A DNA stretch of 64,000 nucleotides from Styela clava. Taxonomy: Eukaryota. Below the pieces are notes generated by a model, which saw only the letters and a list, made by a program, of their open reading frames with translations, was not told where the DNA came from and made no database searches. The position numbers and the translations under genes were made by a program. Below are positions 37,842 through 51,565 of the stretch, piece by piece (the stretch's first letter is position 1; each line of letters opens with the position of its first letter). The stretch spans positions 13,888,001 through 13,952,000 of the forward strand of contig NC_135262.1 in the NCBI RefSeq assembly GCF_964204865.1. Reading direction: 5' to 3'.

Positions 37842-39037
37842 TCATGGGTCTTTATCTTTATTATTGTTTTCCTCTTTCTTTTTTGTTCCAATTTGATCAT
37901 TAACTTCCATATCATTCATAATTATGTCAAATTTTTCTATTCGTTGTTGGTGTTGGAGGTCTTTTTCGGGGACTTCATTTTCTACAATTGCCTCAGTTTT
38001 GCTGTTTTTATGCTCATTCTCTGTGCCATTGGCTTTATTATTTTCTTTATTAACATTTTGTTTTTTGTCAGCATTGGCAATATTCAAATTGTGAGACGAC
38101 ATAGGTCTGGCAGGAACCACTCTTTGTTCAAATACACGATATTCATCGTATTTTCTTAATGATGGTTCGGAAATTTGACGACCGTCAATGTCGTAAAACC
38201 GTATTTCTCCTCCTTTCCTTCTACCTTCTATAACTCGAGATGATTTTTCGGGATCATATGCTGATTGTCTGCTGTATTTGTACTGAAAACAAAAATATTT
38301 TCAAGAACCATATAATTAATTCATGCGATTTGCAAAATGAAAGCCTTGTTAAGGCATTCGAAACACGACATAAAAATTTTGAAACAGAAAATCTAAGAAT
38401 AAATACGACTTAAACACATACAGATACGTGGAACTGATTTATACACCAGCTAAAAAGTGTATTCATACATCAAGAAGGCTGGACAACATATCATTATTGT
38501 AATTCATAAAAATATTTACTCACCTTGTAATTTGCATAAATTAACACAGCAATACAGAGTAAACCTGTAAAATAAATAGCCTCATTATAGAGGTAAACTG
38601 ATGCAGTATTAGCATGATACAATGATAGTGTCAATAATTTTTCTAATATTCAAAATGAAAATGATTTAACGAAGATATTTAGCAAAATTGGCCTAATCAC
38701 GTGATTGTGATTAATTAACACGAGGTGCTCTGACTAAATTTATAATAAATATTATTAATATATTAAAATAAATATTATTTGTATACGGAAATCTTAAATC
38801 ACCAATTTTGTTCTCAAATCGAATCTTGATAGAATGAGTGAACAAGTGAAAAACGCATAATATCATATGACTTTTCTCTTCTTTCATGTATTAGGTACCT
38901 GCAATAACAGCTGGAATAATAATCCCCCATTGCGTTGATGACGGATCATCTTCAACAACACATATACAAACGTTGTGACATATCTTTTTCAAGCCTTCGG
39001 TACAATTGGCATTGACAGGAGTTGTAAAAGTTGTCAT
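37842..39037 (-). CDS. Small single-pass membrane protein without signal peptide (M3, 206 aa, Tyr-containing tail)
   Basis: Exons 39037-38899 (MTTFTTPVNANCTEGLKKICHNVCICVVEDDPSSTQWGIIIPAVIA), 38564-38524 (GLLCIAVLIYANYK), 38282-37842 (YKYSRQSAYDPEK...IRFYDIDG...KYDEYRVF...KDKDP*). An in-frame TAA lies 4 codons upstream of the ATG within the same exon. Confidence 0.82.
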
Positions 39038-39167
39038 TCTTGTGTGTTATCTGAGAGATTCATGATAAAGTTTTACTTTATATAAAATTATTTACAAAAA
39101 ATATTCAACATTATGTGAAAGTGAATGAAATAGTTTAAGGCCCTCACGCCAACCCGATGCTATAGAC

Positions 39168-39573
39168 CAGTGTGGTTTCCAACCTTTTGTTTCAAGCGGC
39201 CCAAATTTTGTAAAAAAAATTATTTTGTAAAATCTCGCGATTCGAAGATATATTCAAATACTTCACGACATGTAGTGCTTTTATATCCACAAAATTAAAT
39301 ACAAAAACAAAATCATTTTTACATAACATTATCTCATTATTTCAAAATTATTGCTTGCTTGCCCTCAACGATTTATTTAAATCATGGCGTGGATACTTTT
39401 TACGCTGTGATACTTCCAACATATACAATTACGATTGATAAACACTTCAATACCAGAAATAAAAAAGGCAACAACATTTACAAAAAATGAAAATCAATAC
39501 ATTTTAGGTTTTCGATGAAAAAATTAGCAATTCTAAAAAAATTGGGTCGCGAGCCATAGGTTGGGAAACACTA
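39168..39573. mobile_element. hAT (Charlie-like) MITE
   Basis: cagtgtggtttccaacctt ... ggttgggaaacacta; TSD ctatagac / ctatagaa. Confidence 0.75.
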
Positions 39574-39582
39574 CTATAGAAT

Positions 39583-39769
39583 GGTGATCGTACATTTGAA
39601 TCCACGTACATTTGAACCCATGTGTATATCCACGGGTTCAATCTATATGCGGGTGCTCAAACCCATGGGTTAAGGTTAGTATAGGTTCGAATATCCGCAA
39701 AACAAAAAAAATTCTATAGGTGCAATAAAATGCAGGTGCAATTGTCGTGGGTTCAAATGTACGGGAACC
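39583..39769. mobile_element. GG-ended TIR MITE abutting the hAT MITE
   Basis: ggtgatcgtacatttgaatccacg / cgtgggttcaaatgtacgggaacc; ~9-bp TSD ctatagaat / ctataaaat. Confidence 0.7.
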
Positions 39770-42700
39770 CTATAAAATATAGAGACTTGAAAGTCGCTTG
39801 AATACTGTACTATAGGTACAGTGAGTACCAAATGTTCAAAGAAGAAAGCAATCACAGGATGTGGGTTTTCTCGTTTTATGTTGCGTTATCATTACTATCA
39901 TTACATTACCTCTAATGAGAATATTATATTAATTTAATATACCTGTCATAGTTGGCTAATATTGCTATATGACAGTTACTGATTGTGCTATACTATTTCC
40001 TGCAGGGCTATTTATTAATACAAATACAATCTTTCACTATCAACTATTCTCAATTCGATAACACACTGCTATACATACCATGCAGGAAGAACCAACAAAA
40101 TTATTATTGCTACTTTAGCATGACTGTCTGTTTCTTTTCATGCTACTTTCATGCTGTTGCAGACGAATCCGCTATGTTCAAAGTTTACATTAGATGACAC
40201 ATCAATGACCATTGCTTAACCGGTTTATGTTGAATTAAATTCACATATGTACCACACATCAAAAACGCATTTATCTAGGCATCATCCTTGATCGGAATAA
40301 CGACTCATTGTTCGGTCAGATCAATATGTACATTGACGCAATTAATCATGTTGTCACGTGACTTCCTGTGGTCCGTCCAAAGTTTCAAACTCCAAGAAAT
40401 ATGGCGCCTAATGAATTGATTTAATGAATCTTATGCATTATTTTTAGAAAAGAAGTAATGTGTTTTCTGAAACCTATAATTAAATTGCGAGGTTGGTTGT
40501 AATTAGCTGTCAGGTTTTATTCCCTGGCACCATTGATGAAGTTGTGTCAAATTATTAGATATTACTTTCTGTGTACCATTGTCAATTCAAGATTGAAACC
40601 AATTGATAATAAAATAAAATTAACTTGATCATTCTCTTCGTATTTATGGTGATATTTGAATCTTATGTACAGAAAACACGTTATGGTATGTGAACTGCTT
40701 GATGATGAATTGGCCTGAAATTTCCGTATTACGGAAGTTCAACAATCGAACGATAAAATAGTTCTAATAATTTTAATTTCATTCCTGTATTTAGCAATTT
40801 CATTTTTATTTCATATGTTCGATTTATTATAGTAATTATACGTAAATGTATTATCAACATATGGCAAACTTTATAGATTTCCTAACAAATTTGAAAAATC
40901 AAGACTCTTCTTGTCATATAACTGCCTAACGGCGTGAACAATATCAATGAAAACATTCAAATCTGTTCCCGCATATGTTGAACCCAAATTTAACCCAAGC
41001 TATGTTTGCTTAACTATAAAACTGTGTAACGTAGATTTGTCAAACAGATGTTATCCATGCACACGAGGACAACTAGTATTAATTTATCTCCCTCGATTAG
41101 TCAGTTCTATGGACTTGTCTCTGACGTAAATAATCGGCAGTCTATAAATAACACCAAAAATGTAGCCATAAAGTGTCACTAAAATGCTCACATTTTCGTT
41201 GACTGATGTGACATCGTATTTGGCATTTTTCAGTGGTTATTCTAAAGTGAAAAAAAAAAACTAATTGAGCATGACAATGAATGACGTTAACATCTACCAC
41301 ACATACTGCACTTTTATAAGTAATTTATTTTTAGAAATTGCAATTTGTTATTTTAGATATAACTTTGGAAATTTATGCAATATTTCATGTTTATTTTATT
41401 TTTAATTTTACGTTCAAATTCATTTCGGATATTGTAACCTCAAAATATGACAAACTTGGAGTGAGGTCATAATGGTTGCAAATTACTAATATATAGCGAT
41501 TGGAAAAGCACCTTTGGTTAGAATTTAGCGCTGAAAAACACTGGACTTGCTACTGATGTAGATTTTCCCAGTAAGAAATATCCAAACGTAGCTGAGGAAA
41601 CTTCAATATCAATTTTGGACAAAAAAAAGTGCAAATATAGATATGATAGTTTTTGAATAGTGCTTATTTTTTGACCTACTTGAAATAATTCAAATGTACA
41701 TAACTATAGCTATAATTGGTCTAAAACTTAAGTCACTTGACTCAATTGTATAACCTTTTTTACCAAACTTCAAATTTATATATATATATACTTTAAGTGT
41801 TGATGAATGCTGCCTAACATGAAGAAGACGATGTGCGCAATGTTTATTTTATATGACTCAGTATGGTTCGTAATATTCGGTCAACAGCAATTTATTTCTT
41901 TCATATTTATTACCTATATTATTATCCTATGATTATTAATGACTATAATATATATTTAGTCTTTGTTGTTTGATGTATGGTAGGTGGTGTTTCTTGAGTG
42001 CTTTGTTTTGGAAGTCAACAAGAACCACACGTTGATATTGAATATTGTGATGTTTGATTATTTTTTTGTATAAGTTTGCCCAATTGCAAATTGTGAGCTG
42101 TACGATCTGGAACAATTTACCAGCACCACTGACACTGGAAGGTCTTGTAAGATGAAAATGTATATAAGGATGTATAATGCAAGAGTTGAGACTTAAGACT
42201 ATCAGGGAAACATACATAGTGAAACATTATAAAAAAAACTTTTTAGAAACAAAATGACACAAAGGCATTGTCAACAAAGACGACGTTATTAGATTAAGAC
42301 TAGTCGATAATCCATTAGATCCCCCTCAATGTTTAACTCACAAAAATATTTGATGTTCTCGTCATTTTGATCAAAGTATGCTAGATACTTATGAATACAC
42401 CCTGAGGCGTATCACTAGGGGGAATCACCGTTGAAGAGAAGTTAGTTTCGAATAACGTTGAGCGAAAAATAACATACAATTAAGTTGGATTCTCCTGTTC
42501 CATAATATTAGTCAGCTGATAGAATTGAAATGAAAATTTAAACAAAAATTTCCGGATTTACGTAAGATCGTAATTGTATGGTACAGATATTTAAAGAAGA
42601 GAAATCCATATACCATGCTATTCGGAGTATTTTCGACAAAGAGGCGCGTCGCTTATTATCTCAATTTTTACCAAATTCGTAAAGATCGGCCTCATCATAT

Positions 42701-42919
42701 GAAAAGTCATATCTTGAATATATTATGTCTATCGCAAAAAGAGCTTTGAAAAAGACGGATCCTTTTCGTTCCGGAGAATGTTTATCGTCTGTATTAATAA
42801 TTCGCTTATATAATATGTCATGTACTGCTCAAATATCATGAATACCGTTTTTTTTTATACTTGTTTTTGTTCTTGACAAAATGTGGATTTACCTAATTTA
42901 TTTTATACCGATTATGACT

Positions 42920-43136
42920 GACCGTTCAAGATGGCGGGAACCTGACTGTAGTATGTGTACCAGGTTAGGGTTAGGCCACATTTTCAGGTACAAATACTAC
43001 GTAGGTCACTTGGATAGTCCCCGAACTCGTAATAGAACTAAAATAAGGAAAATTGGAATAAAATTATGACCTAACCTGGTACAAATACTACGTTCGGGTG
43101 TCCGCCATCTTGGTTCACATATACTACGAGAGTACC
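42920..43136. mobile_element. Longer variant of the palindromic MITE just upstream of M4
   Basis: caagatggcgg...gtagtatgtgtaccaggttagg / cctaacctggtacaaatactac...ccgccatcttgg inverted arms. Confidence 0.7.
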
Positions 43137-43225
43137 AAAATCTTTTATGTCGCTTCACTAGATCTACTACACTTTGTTTCAGTTTAATCTCTTAATCTGA
43201 TTTTCAATTTAGAAATTGTAATATA

Positions 43226-44247
43226 ATGCATGTACCTGATATAATAATATTCTTCACATTTTCATTTGCTGCATTTCTGTCGACATATTCAGCATCAACC
43301 ATCGTAAGTAGTAGAAGTAAAAACGAAAAAATGTTCTGAAATGGTATTTTCATTTTATATATAGTTCTTGAAACTTCAAAACTTCAAAAGCATAAAGAAT
43401 GAATATTTATATGACGGAATTTCAACTTCAAGCTTAAAGCTTACTTCACTTTTTTATAATTTTCTATATTTTTATAAACCCATTGAAACTTTTACATTTA
43501 TGGGGAATAATGAATTGTGCTTACCCACTATTAAAACTATATTGTTGGGTATATTTAAAAATTTGTACATAAATATTATACTTTCAGACTGCAAACCTGG
43601 ACAAATCCGAACTGAACAACTCTACAAACTGTACTAACAGTGCAAATTTGACTGATACCAAAAATTCAACTAGCTTTACGTGCCCAGAAGAAAGCAAAAG
43701 CCGTGCTTGGATTGCTGGTGTTGTTATTTTTATAGGTGAGAGATAGTAAAAATAGTAATATTTAATAAATTATTTTGTTTAGTTCAAATTTTTGAAGCTA
43801 TGGATCTTTATTTTTAATGTTGCTGAAACTCGCAAGGATATTATTAAAAAATCGAGTCTACCGCAACCTACGTCTAGTTTTTATAATAATGTTTTACAAT
43901 ATTTCTTAATTATCTTCACTATAATAAGTTTTAGATAAACGAAAAATCAAAATAATTTTAGTAAAAATAATAAGTCGTAGATTGCAATTGTAATGTATAT
44001 GCACCAACCAATTGCAATTTATCAGACCCATTGCATCAAAATATTTGCATTAGTAGTCTCATTGTAAAACAGTGCATATCGTCAAAAATTGAAAGTACAT
44101 GAGTTACCATTAGGCAAGTAGAAATGTACTATATTTTTTTCAGTGCTCTCCCTATTTGGCGGTATTTGCGGAAAAGGAAACGTATCCGTTTCAATTGGTG
44201 GCGGGGGTTTCGGTGCTGGAGGAGGGGACGGCGGGGGTTGTGGATGA
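43226..44247 (+). CDS. Micro-receptor M4, 109 aa, Gly-rich tail
   Basis: Exons 43226-43303, 43588-43735, 44144-44247: MHVPDIIIFFTFSFAAFLSTYSASTI | TANLDKSELNNSTNCTNSANLTDTKNSTSFTCPEESKSRAWIAGVVIFI | VLSLFGGICGKGNVSVSIGGGGFGAGGGDGGGCG*. Confidence 0.88.
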
Positions 44248-45996
44248 AGAGATTTTGTTTTTGAGGTTTTATAAGAAAAATGTAACAATATATAATTATC
44301 ATCAAGCACAGTTTTTTTCATACGTATTTATGTATATTGTAAATGTTTCATTTAACGTAAAATCAACGTTCTATTTTAAATCAGACGAGTTTTAAAAATA
44401 GTAAGATCTATATATCATTGGTCATTCCGTACATTTCTAAATATTTTAAACATTATTTCATTATTATTCGTTTTTGTGTGCATAATAATGACATGTACCC
44501 AAATTTTGTATGGTATATTTTTACTTCAATAAAATAATAACCAATAAGTAACAATATATTATATTTGAATATTGCTTTTTTTGTTACGTGCTAACTCATT
44601 ATGTTCAAGCTTAGAAACAATTAATGCCTATTTGAATAAAGTTAAACCCGGTATAATATGATCTATGAAGTACGCTCCATGTAAATAAAAAAAGCTATTG
44701 CACTCATTGAATTTAAACTAATAAAATACTGTAGATAGAACAATAATATTGCTATCGTTCATACGATTTTTATGTTTAAATTGCTCGTACTATTTCATAA
44801 TTTTGATTTTAAAATGGATGTGCAATTTCGGTATTGCAACATCATTTTCATAATTAAAACATATGATTTTGAAATAAATAATTCTGACAAAAACAAGAAT
44901 TAGCAATTTTGGATGAAATAGTAAACGTGAATAAAATGAAAAACGTCATCGCCATGCGATCAACACAATACTGATTGATAGCCCGGGGGTTAATGAGTAG
45001 GGAAATAACCTGCACAAAGAATTTAGTTTTGGCATAACATGTCAGTCGATACCACAAGCAACTGTGATGGAGCATTTCTTAACAATTATGTCCAAGTCGA
45101 GAGACATAGAACCCAGAACAATACGAAATCGAGACAGCGGAAATGTAAAATGATAATTTTATGTAGCATGTAGTGAAACATTTTTTTTTATCTTTGTCGT
45201 ATTTCATGGAGTGCGTTGAAATACTAACTTAATAAGTGCGCGTATTTCGTCTTTGATTAAAAATTCTCGTTGAAAAAGGAATGGTCGCAAGATGATCAAA
45301 ACTATTTAAAACTAATAGTAGTTTTACTAGCCTAGCAAAGTCAGGTCTAATGTTAATATATTTGATTATGAATATTGGCGGACAAAATGTTAGACGTTTA
45401 AATTAGTTCCCATTTTCCCAATATTGGAAGCTCACAATACAATTTTGAACGAACTAAAAATCGTCACACAAAATTGTGGAAACATGCATTGAAATGACGT
45501 ATGATTTATAGATAGTCAGATATTTACTGTTGACAATCATTGAGCGTGTACTACTAACATAAATGTCTTCTATAAATAATGTCAAACGCAAGCTGAGAGA
45601 CATAAAATAAAAATGTTTGTAAGATAACAATCGCATGTAGCAGATAATTGGAGAACAACAGGCCAGATACCATACCAACAGTAATATTTCTTCAAGTATC
45701 AAATGGAGTTACTTTATTACTATAATTTGCTTCCATCACGAAATATTATCCAATATACCAAAATATGATTTGCTAGGCATTGCCATCGTAAAAGTTATAT
45801 TGCTAGAACTACTTTAATATTTATACCGGGAAAATTGAATAAAAAAATTAACGTTTTGACATTTGGTACGCAGTTTCCTAAGTTTTCGAAGGGTATAAAA
45901 CAGCTACTCAAAAAAATCATTTGGGGCATACGAATTTATTTTCATATTATTTTTTCTCTTTGTATTTTGTTATTAAAGTTCAAGAAGCGTAACAAA

Positions 45997-47073
45997 ATGA
46001 GTATTTCTCAACTTATGATAATCTACACATTCTGTTTTTCTGCATTTCTTTTGACATATTCAGCATCAATCAGTGTAAGTACTACAATACGAATTCAATT
46101 TTTTTTTAATATATCTCACTTTCTGTGAGGAAATATTTTGATTGGATTTACTAGTCATAATCATTGACTCGGTTCTAGTTGGAAATCAGTCATCATTTGT
46201 CAAAGAATCTAACTACCTTGACGTGTCTGAATGGAATAACTCGCACATGTCATAATTTAATCACCAGTGAGACTTAACTGAGTGATAGAATCGACTTTGG
46301 GTCAGAATCGACGCTTAGATAACCATAAACAGATTTGACTACCACGCACTGCTTAGATTTTTATCATATTCCCAAGTTCTTCAAATTCCCATTGACTGCA
46401 AGTTTAGCCCGTCACCTTCTTATATTTGCCGAACATGATAATGGAACCGTTAAAATTTATAGGCCTGCGTCTTATGAGATCAGTGAATGAATCAGGTGAA
46501 ACTAATATAAAAGTGGAAGTGTACATAAATGTTAAATATATCAGAATTACCTTTGTTAGTTGTTGTCGTATATGAACTTCCAGTATATTAACCATAATTA
46601 TTGTTTTAACTCTAGACCCAAACACCAGATATCTCTGAACTCAAAAACTCGACGAAATGTGCTCAGGGTTCAAATTTAAACAACAAAGACGATAGAAATA
46701 ACTTCCCGTGCCCTGAAAAGACCAGACATCTGGGTTGGATTGTGGCAGTAATTTTTGGTGGCATAGTAGGTGAGAAAATGTACAATTTATAAAAGATATG
46801 CAATAATATGATATATATGTGCAATAAATAGTTGTAATATAGCAAGGTTCATTGGTTTCTATATATATTATGGGAATTTCGGCTTCACCATTAGATTGCG
46901 TTAAATCCTGTTTTGTTTTAGCTCTCTTCATAATTGTAATAAGTATGAAAAGATTAATTTGCGGGGGACTATCACATCCAGGAGGAGGAACAACAAGAGG
47001 AGGAGGTGGTGGAATAGGTTTTGGTGGCGGGGGGTTCTCTTCTGGAGGAGGAGATGGGGGTGGCTGTGGCTAG
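45997..47073 (+). CDS. Micro-receptor M5, 127 aa, Gly-rich tail
   Basis: Exons 45997-46074, 46616-46769, 46922-47073: MSISQLMIIYTFCFSAFLLTYSASIS | TQTPDISELKNSTKCAQGSNLNNKDDRNNFPCPEKTRHLGWIVAVIFGGIV | ALFIIVISMKRLICGGLSHPGGGTTRGGGGGIGFGGGGFSSGGGDGGGCG*. Confidence 0.9.
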
Positions 47074-48072
47074 GAAGGATTTATGAGCATTAATCATGAT
47101 TAAATCGATTTTTAAATAATACCAGAATTCCAATATAGAAAATGTTTTTTTTGTGTCATCGTTCGACATATTATAATTGAAATGGAACTTTCGTCTAGCT
47201 TGTTTTGTAATACATCTTGTAGACTCATCGGAAGTTATCAATCATAACAATTTGCTTTAAAGAGAAGTGCCGAAACCCAGTGATTTGATATTTTTTCTTT
47301 CACTTGATTTTCATTGACTAAGTGTGCTAGACAAAAGCTTCAGTTGCGTTTATACTTTGATAGTGATTAATTGCTAAAATAAAACCTCCCATAGCAAGTT
47401 GAGTAGCAAGCACCCTTACAACGTATAGGTAAATAACAATCTTTGACAAAACAATAAAGTTTGTGAAATAGTTATTGGGTATAAGAGTTTTGAAGTGTAG
47501 AATCATTTATTTCGTTGCTCATGGGGTAATCTATAAAACTGAGTTTAAGGTGGGATATATAATCAATCAATTCTTATATCAAAAATATACTGAAACGTAT
47601 TCAATATTATAATATTGTTTTCAAACGTGACGTAAGGTCGGCGTCTAGATTTAGAGCCACCACTTGTTTTTATGTGTAATTCATTTTCTTTGTAAGTTAA
47701 TGTTTCAAAATTATTCCATAATACGTTCAGAATCCATAGTTTCTATCTAAAGTTTTATAACTCAACAAAGTCAGTAATGCATTGTCTGCCTGTGATATAT
47801 AATGCAACCTGGTCTGAAGCTGGTCAAAAAATTGTGTGTAGGGCGGTATCTGAAATTAAAGATAGACATTTAAAACGAAGTTGAAATTAATCATTACTGC
47901 CAAAAGGGCATTACTGACGTTCTTTAAAAAATGAAACGCAATGCTCACGTAAATAATTTTATTCATAAGTAAAGATTTGTCAAAAATGGCTCTGATAGTC
48001 GGTGTCTTTGATAGTTGGAATTGGTGATTGTGATATGGTATTTTTCCAGTAGTTTCATATTCCATATTAAAA

Positions 48073-48568
48073 CAGGCCCATAGGAACCCAGGATCTCCAC
48101 TGTTATATGAAGCGGCAGCACTCTAGTAAACCGTTGCCATCAGCGCAAAGTTGTACCTTAAACACCTGTACCTGTACTGCAGTGACCGGGATACCGCATC
48201 TCGTTAACGGCATAATATAATAAAATATGTTCACTAAAATTCCTAAGGCTTACCCAGTTTATAAATTAACGAGATGAAAAATGGGTTGTTTAATTAAAAT
48301 AGTATTTGCTGTTGTCTTCTGTTACCAGGTAGTTTTCGAGAAAATGGCAAAAAAAGTGTGGAAAAACTAGAAAGTATTCAACGATCGGCGCGTTTTCGCT
48401 GATGCCATGTGAATGAAACACCAATCCTGACTTTTGGTGAAACGCACATTACCAGGATGACAGCATAACCCACGTAAAATTTTTTAACCAGATTGACCCA
48501 GCAGTAAGCTACAACTAGACACACAGACAGAACGACCGAGAATAGGGGTCTGCTAGCGCGGATATCCA
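48073..48568 (-). mobile_element. Non-autonomous Helentron derivative (HINE-like)
   Basis: Reverse complement matches both ends and the (CTGT)n-adjacent core of the 49476-52120 element; sub-terminal repeat ggatctccact at ~48090. Confidence 0.75.
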
Positions 48569-48959
48569 GAGAATATTATTATCATTTTTTTTTATTAAAT
48601 GGAGAAATGAAAAGCACTCCGCAAAATAGCTTTTCGTGTTGAACAATGGAAAATATGTCAGTCAAATGTTGTGAAAAAACAACCTCCAAGAGGAAAGTTC
48701 CACAATAAAAACAGTTAAAAGTATATAAGATTAAAGATGTCTGAAACAATTATTCGAGTAAGAGTAAACACTACAAATTGCTGTAGATAGAATGATTCAC
48801 TTTATTTTACCAAGCTATGCGGTATGTTTATTCAACTGTTTACAATAATAGTGCATTAAATAGAATATGATAGTACCAGCTTCTAAGATACATAAAACGA
48901 CAAAAAGTATTTTCTTATATAAAATAAATCGATTTATTTATTTTTATCCTGCATTTTCA

Positions 48960-49477
48960 AGATATATGAGTTAGAATAGGAAATCAAGTCAAGACTGTGA
49001 CAGAATTTAGGAAGCTTAAAAAATCTACACATGCTGTTTCGTTATCGTATTCGTTAGGTGATGTCAGTATCAGAATGAATGAACTAAATTGTACCAGCAC
49101 GTAAATTATAAAGGTAAAGTACACGAGAGAGGAATTTTCTCAATAAAAATGTGTATAAATCTGATTAAAGTGTAGTGAACAAAACTATTGCATGTACTAA
49201 CTACTAACTATTGCATATCGCATGAACTAACTTTAACAAGACTGTAGCAAAATGTAATGCAAAATGTAACCAAATCAGTATTTTGTGACAAATTGGCCAC
49301 AATTCAACAGAAAAATATTGGTCAAAGATTAGTAAAATATTGTCCTTCATGTGCGAACATATATATTGCTTTTTAAATTATGCTTTTTCTTTATTTGGAG
49401 TCAGAACGCTACAAATACATTAAAAATGGGGTTATGTTTTATGCAGTCGGAACCATCTCAATAACAACGTTTAATAA
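48960..49477 (+). pseudogene. Fused relics of M7-like and M8-like first exons
   Basis: 48975-49075 matches M7 exon 1 (ATG now AGG, donor lost). 49435-49470 matches the start of M8 exon 1, with ~50 bp deleted and the Helentron inserted next to it. Confidence 0.7.
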
Positions 49478-50511
49478 TTGGATCTCCGCTGTATAGGAGA
49501 CCCTTATTGTCAGTCGTTCTGTTGGATCTCCGCTCTATAGGAGACCCTTATTATCAGTCGTTCTGTCTGTCTGTCTGTCTGTCTGTGTATCTGTCTGTCT
49601 GTCTGTTTAGATGTAGCGTCTTAATGGCTGGACCAATCTGGATGAAATTTTTCACATGGGTTATCCTGTCACCCTAGTAATGTGCGTTTTATAGAAAGTC
49701 CAGATAAATGTTTCGTTTCCATGGTAACAACGAAAAACGCTCCGATCGTTATGAAATTTCTATTTTTTTCACAGTTTATCGCCGTTTTCTCGCCAACCAA
49801 GTCGAAAATTAAAATTCCAAGAGCGCTTCCTTCCGCATGGCAAAGTACTCTTTCCAATAAGTCGTCTTTGGTCTCGATACTTCATAAACTGGAGAAGCCT
49901 TAGGGATTTCAGTGAACATAATTTCCCCATTTAGTCACAGTATATCAGTCACGTGAGTATGTCAACGGAACGCGCAGCGTTTGAAATGAACTCAACGGAA
50001 CTGGTGAGCCGGTGCAGGTGTTCTTGATATACGGAATTATTATTTGCTTGAGATTTGATGTACTTCTCGCTGTTAGTGGGTGGTCTGTCTGTCTGTCTGT
50101 CTGTGTATCTGTCTATCTGTCTGTCTGTCTGTTTAGATGTAGCGTCTTAATGGCTGGACCAATCTGGATGAAATTTTTCACATGGGTTATCCTGTCACCC
50201 TAGTAATGTGCGTTCGAAATGAACTCAACGGAACTGGTGAGCCGGTGCAGGTGTTCTTGATATACGGAATTATTATTTGCTTGAGATTTGATGTACTTCT
50301 CGCTGTTTGTGGGTGGTTCACCCAAACGCTGGCTACAGTTTTTTTAACTATTTAAGTCTATAAATTAGGATTGCTATATCCGAATCAAACTGGTAAGCAG
50401 ATATCGTTGTATAAATATGATAAATAAATAATCCTATTAAACCGTGAAGTACCGGGGAAAATGTTGAGTCTTGCATGTATATATGTTCCTTCAGCTTAAG
50501 TTGTAATCATA

Positions 50512-51565
50512 ATGCCTAGGCGAAAGAAAACTATTAAGCGATTATTGGAAGCACAAACACGCCAAAATTTGGACGAATGTTGCAGCAGCAGTCAGATTGA
50601 AGATGACCCGCATAGCGTACAGTCTACTACTTACTCGCAACGTTACTGACGTTACACAACATTTCAGTAATAGAATGAAAGTTATTTTTAGACACTTGCA
50701 AAAACCAGGTCTGTTGGGCAAATACAAAGTTTCTGACTATTTCTTCCGAATCGAATTTTAGATGCTAGGTGCACCACATGTCCATTCTTTATTGTGGCTG
50801 CAGGATGAAAATGGCAAAATTCCCCCTTGACACTTGCAAAAACCAGGTCTGCTGGGCAAATACAAAGTTTCTGACTATTTCTTCCGAATCGAATTTCAGA
50901 TGCGAGGTGCACCACATGTCCATTCTTTATTGTGGCTGCAGGATGAAAATAGCAAAATTCCCCCTCGTTATGATTCAGAAGAGTCTCGATCTGCTTGTGA
51001 AGCATTTATCGATTCTGTGATAGCTGGAAAACTCCCTCAGGGTAACTCTGATATTCTGGACACAGTGTCTACTTTTCAAAGACATAGCCACACTTTTACA
51101 TGTCGCAAGAAGAGTCGTAAAATTACTATTCATTCCGATGAAGGCCATGGTGTTAATGATTGTACAATAGAAAGACAAAGAATTCATTTAAACACGTGCA
51201 GATTCAAATTTCCCCACTTTCCAATGCCTAGAACAATGATCCTTGATGCACCAAATGAAAATGTTGACCCAGAAGATCGCAAAATATGGAAGAGCGATTA
51301 TGTCATGCTTAGAAAATGTATTTTACGTCAAACTCATTCTGATCGAGACACTCAATGTAATCAAGAGTTTTTGACCCTAACATTTAATGATTTCCTTCAT
51401 GCAGTGGGCCTAACGGAAGAAGCATATTATAATGCGCTTCGGGCATCTCTTGCTGAGAATAAGTGTGGATCGCAGGTGTTCTTAAAGCGTGACTGTTGTG
51501 ATTTGTGGACCAACAATTACAACAAGAACATTCTGGAAATACACCAAATGTCCTGGCTACCCTGA
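50512..51565 (+). pseudogene. Fragmented Helentron Rep (HUH endonuclease) ORF
   Basis: N-terminal MPRRKK... from 50512, then a jump to the Rep core: DYFFRIEFQMRGAPHVHSLLW (HUH motif), FQRHSHTFTC, CRFKFP, LKRDCCDLWTNNYNKNIL. Homology breaks near 51548; no helicase region. Confidence 0.85.

Noticed and set aside
37893-38159. Hydrophobic plus-strand ORF resembling a membrane protein
   Set aside because: Antisense of the K/E/N-rich M3 tail exon.
40500-41660. Possible extra plus-strand micro-receptor (tail-like frame from ~41522)
   Set aside because: No matching signal or Cys/TM exons with correct phases were found.
44082-44321. Pro-rich minus-strand ORFs (also 54543-54761, 46972-47241)
   Set aside because: Antisense shadows of the Gly-rich last exons of M4, M5 and M6.
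49478-49610. 44-bp direct repeat with hairpins as a CRISPR-like array
   Set aside because: Only two units with no spacers, in eukaryotic DNA; it is the duplicated Helentron 5' end plus a microsatellite.
50012-50203. ORF with CLSV repeats (also 57610-57813)
   Set aside because: Translation of the (CTGT)n microsatellite and HINE core.
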